From an uncultured Spirochaetota bacterium (GTDB lineage: Bacteria > Spirochaetota > Spirochaetia > SZUA-6 > Fen-1364): DNA of 64,000 bases. Positions within the stretch are counted from its first letter, which is position 1. Each line of letters opens with the position of its first letter. The notes below the pieces were generated by a model. It was not told the DNA's origin, did no database searches, and saw nothing but the letters and a program-made list of their open reading frames with translations. The DNA lies in contig CAWJSK010000015.1 of the NCBI GenBank assembly GCA_963845535.1, positions 10,013-74,012 on the forward strand, in the 5' to 3' direction. The position numbers were made by a program, and so were the translations under genes. Shown here piece by piece: positions 57,285 through 64,000 of this stretch.

Positions 57285-57398
57285 TGGCTTAATGGCAATA
57301 TTGCCATAATAGGGAAGATATGTCAAGAGACTCTTGCAGATACCGCAGGAAACCCCGCATGCAATCCTGAGTCGCGGCGCGAAGAATGCAGCATCGAG
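57285..57398 (-). promoter_or_regulatory. promoter-operator module copy 4 plus 114-nt repeat R2 (about 200 nt upstream of pfkA)
   Basis: Minus strand: TTGACA (57321-26), 17 nt, CAATAT within the perfect TGGCAATATTGCCA (57293-306). The second dyad is CAAGAGACTCTTG (57324-36). It is collinear with R1. Confidence 0.65.
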
Positions 57399-57419
57399 CT
57401 ACTTTTCCACGTGTGCCCA

Positions 57420-58733
57420 TCAACTGCCTGCGAATATGCCATAGAGCAGATACACATTGAGCGCGATGATTATGGCAGTGATCAGGACTATCAGGATTCT
57501 TGTTGCGGCTCTGTTCACCAGAGCCCCCATGAGGTCCTTCCTGCCGGTAAATATCACAAGGGGAATGAGTGCTAAAGGCAGAGAGAAGCTCAGCACCACC
57601 TGGCTGATAACCAGACTCCGTGTGGGATCAAGATTGGTCAGGATGATCACAAATGAAGGCACCATTGTGATCAGACGCCGAAGCCATATGGGTATCCGCC
57701 GATTCAGGAACCCCTTGAGTATGATCTGGCCTGCCTGGGTCACCACCGTGGCCGAGGATAACCCGGAGGCGCACAAAGAAACCGCGAAAACCCATGTAGC
57801 TGCCTGACCCAGGAGAGGCTGAAGTGTCTTGTAGGCTTGTTCCAGTGTTCCTACGTTTTCTATTCCATGCTGGTAGAAGGTACTTGCAGCCATCACAAGC
57901 ATGGCCATATTCACGAGGCTTGCTACTCCCATAGCCACACTCACATCTACGATCTCGAACCGAAACAGTCGTTTCTTCTGGATATCCCCACGTGGAACCA
58001 CGCGGTCCTGTGTGAGCGCAGAATGGAGGATGATTGCATAAGGAGTCACCGTAGCTCCAATAATCCCGGCAGCAAGCACAATACTTTGGCCGCTTTGAAG
58101 TTGGGGAATGATCGCGTGAGTGAGAACTGCACGCCAAGGCGGCTTCACAAACAGGATCTCGATGACATAGCATATTGAGATGATCCCGACGAGGGTGGTT
58201 ATCGTCGTTTCCAGCGAGCGAAATCCAAAACGTTCAAGACCAAGTATCAGGAAAGCGGCCACTCCAGTCAGAAGACCTGCCGACCAGAGAGGCATTCCGA
58301 ACAAAAGATTGAAGCCGACTGTTGCGCCAATGAACCCTGTGAGGTCCGATGCCATGGCACCCACTTCCATCGCGATCCAAAGACCAAATGAGATAGGTCT
58401 CGGGAATTGATCAGCGCAGTGCTCTGCGAGATTTTTCCGCGACGCGATCCCCAGCTTCGCAGCGAGAGCCTGGACGAAAGAGGCCATGACATTGCTCCCA
58501 AGTACCACCCAGAGAAGGAGGTAGCCGTCTTGCGCTCCGGATTGGATGTTCGTGGCGAAATTGCCTGGATCAATGTAGGCTATACTCGCAATGAATGCTG
58601 GGCCCAGAAAGGGGAGAACTCTTCGAAAAAAGACTCTGCGGCTGCGGCCCTCCAGGACTTCGTTTGCGGCCCTTGCAGTTCCGGCGGACATCGAAGACAA
58701 AGGCACTCTGGCAAACCAGTTCTTGAGGCGCAT
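57420..58733 (-). CDS. mntH: NRAMP-family divalent metal (Mn/Fe) transporter
   Basis: LGPAFIASIAYIDPGNFATNIQSGA with about 11 TM helices. The start is uncertain (ATG 58733, ATG 58691 or TTG 58793). Confidence 0.85.
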   Translation of the reverse strand: MRLKNWFARVPLSSMSAGTARAANEVLEGRSRRVFFRRVLPFLGPAFIASIAYIDPGNFATNIQSGAQDGYLLLWVVLGSNVMASFVQALAAKLGIASRKNLAEHCADQFPRPISFGLWIAMEVGAMASDLTGFIGATVGFNLLFGMPLWSAGLLTGVAAFLILGLERFGFRSLETTITTLVGIISICYVIEILFVKPPWRAVLTHAIIPQLQSGQSIVLAAGIIGATVTPYAIILHSALTQDRVVPRGDIQKKRLFRFEIVDVSVAMGVASLVNMAMLVMAASTFYQHGIENVGTLEQAYKTLQPLLGQAATWVFAVSLCASGLSSATVVTQAGQIILKGFLNRRIPIWLRRLITMVPSFVIILTNLDPTRSLVISQVVLSFSLPLALIPLVIFTGRKDLMGALVNRAATRILIVLITAIIIALNVYLLYGIFAGS

Positions 58734-58835
58734 CCGCTTGCAAACTGTAGCGAATTCTGCACAAAAAGACGACGCAATCCGGAGTCGAGTCAATAAGTTG
58801 TTGCCTACCCACGGGCCGTTCCCGAGGGAGCCGAA

Positions 58836-59795
58836 CTAACGGAGCAGCCCCTGGATGATCATTTCGGTTGCCGCCTCCTCGTCCAGACCGCGCGCAAGAA
58901 GGGTCTGAAGCTGCCGGGAGTCCACGCTGCCGATTGCCGCCTCGTGAGTGACGTGCGCGCGGGCATTATTGACCCGGACTATCGGAATGGCCGAGGCTTT
59001 TCCCTTTCCGTGCAGGATTTCCTTGCAATCCACGTGGCCCCGAGATTCCGGGGCGTTCGCTTCAATTTCGTTGACGATTTCGGCCTGCGCATCGTCCATC
59101 AGGGCAAGATGCGAGGTGAGAACAGCGCGGGATTCCGCCCCATTCAGGATGGCCGCCTCGTGGACGCGGATGCGGTCCTCTCCTCTGCCAAACACGCTCA
59201 CCTTCATTTCCGCTACCGACTGGAAACCGCAATCCACCCCGTAATCGATATCCACCTCTCCGGCCCGGCCCGATGTGAGCTGGAAGTCCGAGCTGAAGCG
59301 AGCCCCGTCGCGCAGGCGTACCCGCGTCTTGGGGACCACGACAACACCTCCGGCTGGGCCATGCATATGTCGTTCCGAGTAGACGAGCTCAGCGCCCTTT
59401 TCGATTGTGACGCCTGCGTCCATGACGTGGCGGACCGCTACGGCGTTGGGAAAGGTGCAGCTTGCTACGAACGTGGCCCGCGCGTTCTCCTCGATGTGGG
59501 TTTCGAGGGTGATGTGTTGAAGCCCCTTCGTCGGCACCATGCCGAAACAGAACTGCACCGGCTGCTCGAGGATGGTCCCCGCCGTGACGCGGATTTTCAC
59601 TTTCACCCCGTCTGCCTGTTCCTCAGATTCTACGAGAAGCCCGGGAACCAGGACGGAGCGCAGCACCCGATTGCCGTGGATCTCCACGTGTGCTACGCCG
59701 GGCGCGAAGGAGTGTCGGCCGATCGAGTCCAGAAGCTCCCGCAGAAGCCGCGTGGATTCCAAGACGGCCGCGCTGCCGTTGCCGGCTGCGTTCAT
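58836..59795 (-). CDS. SufB/SufD-family Fe-S cluster assembly scaffold protein (short form)
   Basis: 319 aa from MNAAGNG (ATGA overlap with the sufC stop). C-terminus ...HVTHEAAIGSVDSRQLQTLLARGLDEEAATEMIIQGLL. Confidence 0.8.
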   Translation of the reverse strand: MNAAGNGSAAVLESTRLLRELLDSIGRHSFAPGVAHVEIHGNRVLRSVLVPGLLVESEEQADGVKVKIRVTAGTILEQPVQFCFGMVPTKGLQHITLETHIEENARATFVASCTFPNAVAVRHVMDAGVTIEKGAELVYSERHMHGPAGGVVVVPKTRVRLRDGARFSSDFQLTSGRAGEVDIDYGVDCGFQSVAEMKVSVFGRGEDRIRVHEAAILNGAESRAVLTSHLALMDDAQAEIVNEIEANAPESRGHVDCKEILHGKGKASAIPIVRVNNARAHVTHEAAIGSVDSRQLQTLLARGLDEEAATEMIIQGLLR

Positions 59796-60556
59796 GAGGC
59801 TGCTCCCACGGCATTCTGGTCCGGCACATTCACATGCTTGCAGGGCAGGCACGTGCCCTCGAAATAGGGGATGATCCTGTCTGCCGTTCCCTTTTCGATC
59901 AGTCGGCCGGAGCAGAGCAGAAATGCGTGGTCCGCGTGCCTGAGGACAGAAAGGCTGTGCGTGATCAGGATGACGGTGGTTCCTTCTTCCCGAAGCCTCT
60001 TGATGGCTTCCAGAATGAAGTGCATGGCGTCCATATCCACGCCGGAATCGGGTTCGTCCATCATGACGATCCTTGGCTTCATGGCAAGGATGGAGGCAAG
60101 CTCGATCCTCTTGCGTTCGCCCCCGGAGAGAGTGCGGTCGACCGCGCGTCTGGCGTAGAGATCGGGGTCGAGCCCGACCATGGCCAAAGACTCCCGCATC
60201 GTTCCTTCGCTCTTTTCGGGAGCTCCTGCGAGGACAAACTCCGCCACCCCGAGCCCTTCGAACCGGGCCGGCTCCTGCCAGGCCAGCGTCAGGCCTCGTC
60301 GAGCACGCTCCTGGATGGGAAGATCGCGAATCGACGTTCCATCCAGGAGGATGTCACCTGAGGTCACATGGTAGCCTGGCAACCCCATGATGGCGTGGGC
60401 CAACGTGCTCTTTCCCGCTCCGTTCGGCCCCACAATCGCATGAACGTATCCTCGCCAGACATCCAGGGTGACCCGGTGGAGCAGGGTCTTGCCGCCGGCC
60501 TGGACGCACAGGTTCTCCACGGACAGGACTTCTTTTCGCTCCTGACCAGAGCTCAT
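59792..60556 (-). CDS. sufC: Fe-S cluster assembly ATPase SufC
   Basis: GPNGAGKSTLAHAIMGLPGYHVTSG, LSGGERKRIE, MMDEPDSGVD. Confidence 0.88.
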   Translation of the reverse strand: MSSGQERKEVLSVENLCVQAGGKTLLHRVTLDVWRGYVHAIVGPNGAGKSTLAHAIMGLPGYHVTSGDILLDGTSIRDLPIQERARRGLTLAWQEPARFEGLGVAEFVLAGAPEKSEGTMRESLAMVGLDPDLYARRAVDRTLSGGERKRIELASILAMKPRIVMMDEPDSGVDMDAMHFILEAIKRLREEGTTVILITHSLSVLRHADHAFLLCSGRLIEKGTADRIIPYFEGTCLPCKHVNVPDQNAVGAAS

Positions 60557-60563
60557 GCTTTGC

Positions 60564-60776
60564 CTATCCGCAACATCCCGGCCCCGCTTTTGGCCCGCAG
60601 GTAGAACCGCTGTCGCTGCGGCGTAAAAGCAATATACCTGAGCTCAGGAGCTGACGCGTGCCCTTCCTGTGGCATTGCGGGCACTCAGGGTCGAGTCCCA
60701 GCTCCTTTTCTCGGAAGGTTGCCCGCACTTCGAAAACGCTCTTACAGTGCTGGCATTGATAGTCGTACAAAGGCAT
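60564..60776 (-). CDS. FmdB-family CxxC-CxxC zinc-ribbon protein with C-terminal GCCG
   Basis: MPLYDYQCQHCKSVFEV...CPQCH..., ends PGCCG. Confidence 0.8.
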   Translation of the reverse strand: MPLYDYQCQHCKSVFEVRATFREKELGLDPECPQCHRKGTRQLLSSGILLLRRSDSGSTCGPKAGPGCCG

Positions 60777-60790
60777 TGTGACCTCCCTCC

Positions 60791-61165
60791 TCAGCAGGTG
60801 GAATGCTTGGCAAGGGATGCGAAGTTGATCCCGAGGAGCTCCGTGATTTCTGTGTTGATTTCCCGCAGGAAATAGATTGCTCCCTGTTGGGACCCGGCGT
60901 ATTCCATGACAGCCGGGTCATCCTGCGCCTTGCCCTGAAGCTCCCGCAAGGTATCGATGTCTGGCTGGGTCACGTCTCCGTTGGCCTGCCGCTGGCGCAT
61001 CCTGGCCTGCGCTTCCGAGAGCCGATCCAAAAGACCCCGGGCGTCTGGATCCGCATCGAGGCGGGAACGAGCCTTTTCGTACCGAAGGAAGGGTCCGGAA
61101 GCCAGCAGGCTGTCACACAAGGATTGAGCGGCCGTCTGAAGGGCGGAAGGGATTTCAGTCTGCAT
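60791..61165 (-). CDS. YlbF/YmcA-family (Com_YlbF-like) helical protein
   Basis: 124 aa from MQTEIPS. FLRYEKARSRLDADPDARGLLDRL...LRELQGK, ends KHSTC. Confidence 0.6.
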   Translation of the reverse strand: MQTEIPSALQTAAQSLCDSLLASGPFLRYEKARSRLDADPDARGLLDRLSEAQARMRQRQANGDVTQPDIDTLRELQGKAQDDPAVMEYAGSQQGAIYFLREINTEITELLGINFASLAKHSTC

Positions 61166-61176
61166 CTCTGTGCCTC

Positions 61177-61557
61177 CTACCCGCAGCAGCTTGCGCCGCA
61201 TGAGGCGGCATAGTCCAGCCCAATGGACCCGGACACCATGTCGCCCAACCTTTGGCACAGCCCTGCCAGTTCCGACTGCGCCTTGGAATACTCCACGACA
61301 GACGGAAGAGTGACAAACGCCTGATGCAGCGCATCAAGATCCGCCCGCTGTTCGGCGGTCGCTTCCTTGAGCATGAGAAGCACGCGCAGGGACTGCTCTT
61401 TCTGCTGGTAGGCCTGCATCGCCTCCTGCGCCGTTCGATCCTGCCGGAACTGTTCCTCGGCCTGCTCGAACGCCTTGAATTGCGGCGTTTCAGCCAGAGA
61501 AGCAGCGAAGCCGTGAGCGGCACGCTTGACCGTCTCGAGAGTGGCAGTTTCTTCCAT
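61177..61557 (-). CDS. YlbF/YmcA-family helical protein with C-terminal SCGASCCG
   Basis: 126 aa: FKAFEQAEEQFRQDRTAQEAMQAYQQKEQSL...; a paralog of 60791..61165. Confidence 0.6.
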   Translation of the reverse strand: MEETATLETVKRAAHGFAASLAETPQFKAFEQAEEQFRQDRTAQEAMQAYQQKEQSLRVLLMLKEATAEQRADLDALHQAFVTLPSVVEYSKAQSELAGLCQRLGDMVSGSIGLDYAASCGASCCG

Positions 61558-61575
61558 ATTACGAAACTCCTTTCT

Positions 61576-61872
61576 TTACGTACGATTCCCGCTCAAGAGG
61601 GCTTCAATCGCACGCCGTATGGCTGGCACGGAAATCTTCCCGCCGCTGCTGACCACGTCGCCCTCAGCCAACACCAGCGGTAGCTCAGCATCGACGGGCA
61701 TGGGCGGGCAGTCAGCGTCGAAAAGGTCATGGTACTTCACCTGCACCGCATCTTCGAAGCGTGCTTTCAACTGACCCTGTGCCCAACGCGCCACTTCGCG
61801 CCAGCTTTCCTTCACGCCCTCCTTGCAGGCTACAGGCGCCCCGATGATCTGGATGAGAACGGAGCCTCTCAC
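61576..61872 (-). CDS. thioredoxin-fold protein, ArsD/YuzD (DUF1462)-like, lacking the ArsD Cys triad
   Basis: 98 aa: VLIQIIGAPVACKEG...WAQGQLKARF...LPLVLAEGDVVSSGGKISVPAIRRAIEAL. ATGA overlap with the arsA stop. The family call is from memory of YuzD/ArsD patterns. Confidence 0.5.
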   Translation of the reverse strand: MRGSVLIQIIGAPVACKEGVKESWREVARWAQGQLKARFEDAVQVKYHDLFDADCPPMPVDAELPLVLAEGDVVSSGGKISVPAIRRAIEALLSGNRT

Positions 61873-63719
61873 GTCGCCACCTTCTCCCCGTAAAGTTGCG
61901 CGGCCAGCCGCGAGAGCATTGCCACGCCCTTCACTTCACGGGGCAAAAGCGGTATCTGCACGAGGGGCAGACCGAAGCGTTCGCCTATTTCCGCAAGATA
62001 TTTCTCCTGCATGGCCCGTCGGGCCCGCACAAATGGTGTGGATGCCCGTTCGGGTGGGATGACGAAGTTCGCCACCACAAGACTTGGGCGAATCCCCACA
62101 GTTTCCAGTTCCCGCGCCGCCCGCCACGCTTCGAGAATGGGTGTTGCCTCCGGATACATGACAAAGGCGAAAGTGCTCTGCTCCTGGTCGCGCATCATGT
62201 CGATCACCTGGGCGAACCGCTTCTTGGCAACGTCATCGGCGGCGGAAGCATCCACGGAGGCAAAGACTTTCACATCGATCTGCTTGCTCCAGTCGATGGG
62301 CAGCTCAAGCAGACGAAGGGTGTGCCCCGTCGGGGCGGTGTCGAAAACCACCGCCTGCCAGTCTGGCTGGGAAGCATATTCGATGAACTTGTCGAACGCG
62401 GCCATCTCCTCCGTGCAGGGCGAGTTGAGCTCCTCCTCCATCACCGCGATGGCTGATTCGGGCCGACCGCGCTTGCGGGCATCCTCGAGGATACGCGCCT
62501 TGTAGGTCTCCGCCGCGGTCTTCGGATCGATCTTGACCGCCCACAGGTCAGGCTGCCCTGCGACGGCCGCGATTTTATCTCCAACAGGGGTGTCCAACAC
62601 GTCGCCCAGATGCGCTGCCGGATCCGTGGTCAAAAGCAGGGTCTTGTATCCCTGCTGCGCCAGCCAGACGGCGGTGACGCACGAGGCGACGGTTTTGCCC
62701 ACGCCGCCTTTGCCCGCAAAGAACAGGGTCCGGCGATGGCCGTTGGGCTGGATGCGGGAGCGAATGTCATCGAAGCTCGATGCAAAATCCTCCCCGACGG
62801 TTTTCTCATCTGCCGCGTCAGAGTCCAGCCGAGCCTTCTCGCCGTCAAAGAAGACTCTCCCCACCTCCCGAAGCCCCTCCACCCCCATGATTTCGCCTGG
62901 CAGCAGGATCATGCGCTTCTGAGGCATGGCGAACTCGCGCTTGATCTGAACGAGATAATCAGCCTGCATTTCGGCGCGGGCGGCGAACAGAGGGTCTTCG
63001 GCGTCGTCGGCCTGGATGATGCCGTTGACGATCAAGCGGAAATTGTTGATTCCCAGTTTTTTAAGCTCACCGATGGCGCGCCGTGTCTCCCGGATGGCTA
63101 TGGCTTCGGGGTGCAAGACGAACACAAAGGTCGAGAACGATGCGTTGCGCAGGGCGGCAAGGGCTCGTTCATACTTGAGCTTGGCGTCCTGAATGGCGGC
63201 GGCGGGACCGATGCAGGTCTGCCCGCTGCCCGCGCTGGCGGCGTCAATGGATTGCGTCCATTCGGCGGGCAGTTCCAGCAAGCGGATGGTGTGGCCGGTC
63301 GGGGCGGTGTCGAAAATCACCACGTCGTAAGCGTTTCCGTCCTGAGCGGGCGAATCCAGGAAGTCGGTGAAGCGGTCGAAGGCGGCGACCTCCGCCGTGC
63401 AGGGACCGCTCATCTGTTCTTCCATCACCTGCACCATCTGGGGAGGGAAAGCGGCGCGGATGGGCGCCATGGCGCGGTCAATGTATTCCTGCGTCGACTT
63501 GTCGGGGTCGATTTCCATGGCGGCAAGGCCCGGCACGCCCGCGATCGGCGTGATCTGGTGTCCGATTTCCTGCTCGAACACGTCGGAGAGATTCGAAGCC
63601 GGGTCGGTGGTGACGATGAGAGTGCGCTTCCCCTCGTCCGCATAGCGCACGGCATGCGTACACGCCAGACTGGTCTTGCCCACCCCGCCTTTGCCGGAGA
63701 AGAACATGGACTGGGTCAT
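61869..63719 (-). CDS. arsA: arsenite/antimonite-stimulated ATPase ArsA (two-domain)
   Basis: Two GKGGVGKT P-loops and two DTAPTGHT signatures. Cys are present in the contexts of the R773 metalloid site (SGPCTAEVAAFD, GQTCIGP, NSPCTEEMAAFD). Confidence 0.9.
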   Translation of the reverse strand: MTQSMFFSGKGGVGKTSLACTHAVRYADEGKRTLIVTTDPASNLSDVFEQEIGHQITPIAGVPGLAAMEIDPDKSTQEYIDRAMAPIRAAFPPQMVQVMEEQMSGPCTAEVAAFDRFTDFLDSPAQDGNAYDVVIFDTAPTGHTIRLLELPAEWTQSIDAASAGSGQTCIGPAAAIQDAKLKYERALAALRNASFSTFVFVLHPEAIAIRETRRAIGELKKLGINNFRLIVNGIIQADDAEDPLFAARAEMQADYLVQIKREFAMPQKRMILLPGEIMGVEGLREVGRVFFDGEKARLDSDAADEKTVGEDFASSFDDIRSRIQPNGHRRTLFFAGKGGVGKTVASCVTAVWLAQQGYKTLLLTTDPAAHLGDVLDTPVGDKIAAVAGQPDLWAVKIDPKTAAETYKARILEDARKRGRPESAIAVMEEELNSPCTEEMAAFDKFIEYASQPDWQAVVFDTAPTGHTLRLLELPIDWSKQIDVKVFASVDASAADDVAKKRFAQVIDMMRDQEQSTFAFVMYPEATPILEAWRAARELETVGIRPSLVVANFVIPPERASTPFVRARRAMQEKYLAEIGERFGLPLVQIPLLPREVKGVAMLSRLAAQLYGEKVAT

Positions 63720-64000
63720 CTGGCGCCCCCATTCAGTGATGCTTTGACTTCGTCAATACTTGGGTAAGCGCCCGTTTTGACAACCTGGCCCCGCACAACG
63801 GTGATCGGAAGGCATTCCATCTGCTTTGCGCGCACCAGGCGCATCACCTCGGCGTTGCCAAGAAAGGCCTTGGGGTTGCTGCTCATCTGGTAGCGTTCCA
63901 CGCGCAGGTTGTCGCGCTGGAGAGTCAGGATCATCTCATTGACGTCCAGCAGGGTCTGGTCAAGTGTAGGTCCGCAAAGTCCCGTAGGACAACACATCGG
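63716..64000 (-). CDS. arsD: arsenical metallochaperone ArsD (5' end beyond the window)
   Basis: (P)MCCPTGLCGPTLDQ...ERYQMSSNPKAF...LPITVVRGQVVKTGAYP carries the Cys12/13/18-type motif. The frame stays open to the window edge. Confidence 0.85.
   Translation of the reverse strand, partial: PMCCPTGLCGPTLDQTLLDVNEMILTLQRDNLRVERYQMSSNPKAFLGNAEVMRLVRAKQMECLPITVVRGQVVKTGAYPSIDEVKASLNGGAR

Noticed and set aside
57082-57292. pfkA leader as a ZTP (pfl) or other known riboswitch.
   Set aside because: Only a loose resemblance (CCGCUGGGUG versus the ZTP CCGCCUGGGC). The 5' GGGUCGUGACUGGCG element is absent, and the gene context (glycolysis) does not fit. It is kept as an unexplained leader only.
58692-58835. 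Mn-responsive element (yybP-ykoY riboswitch or MntR/Fur box) upstream of mntH.
   Set aside because: Only a partial palindrome (TGTGCAGAATTCGCTACA) is present, with no recognisable riboswitch core. The start codon itself is uncertain.

Overview
High-GC (by eye over 60 percent) chromosomal segment from a diderm bacterium, judged from a TolC-family protein, an OmpA-domain protein and lipobox lipoproteins. About 80 genes are tightly packed, often with ATGA or 4-nt overlaps. All product calls come from reading motifs in the supplied translations, with no database search. Many long ORFs in the track are antisense shadows and were ignored.

Left ~40 kb is mostly housekeeping:
- a TetR-controlled HlyD/ABC/TolC/ABC-2 efflux operon (YbhGFSR-like);
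- a thiamine salvage operon (CytX-like permease, thiM, thiE, thiL, thiD) behind a clear TPP riboswitch with a terminator;
- a sugar ABC importer;
- tpx, alr, ilvC, trmB, infA, argJ, purC, clpP, mtnP, era, nth and argR.

At 40.2-43.5 kb sit tRNA-Pro(UGG) and tRNA-Arg(UCU). They flank a low-GC islet and a decayed integrated element bounded by a 42-nt duplicate of the tRNA-Arg 3' half.

The right ~20 kb reads as an accessory redox and metal(loid) stress region. Its most interesting features are:
1. one promoter-operator module (palindrome TGGCAATATTGCCA over the -10) present four times, linking an ArsR-family gene to ferredoxin/NifX-like/CMD, OsmC/ferredoxin/ChrA/CoADR-rhodanese and pfkA/patatin operons;
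2. a single tightly packed operon joining arsD-arsA to a thioredoxin-fold protein, two Cys-tailed YlbF-like proteins, a Cys-tailed zinc ribbon and a minimal sufC-sufBD pair, with no arsenite pump downstream;
3. chrA flanked by 86-bp direct repeats that duplicate the 3' end of a ferredoxin-like gene.

Several genes look disrupted: a lipoprotein with two homopolymer frameshifts, a DUF1361 frameshift, a VOC nonsense codon and a lost DUF134 start codon. These could be real decay or assembly indels.
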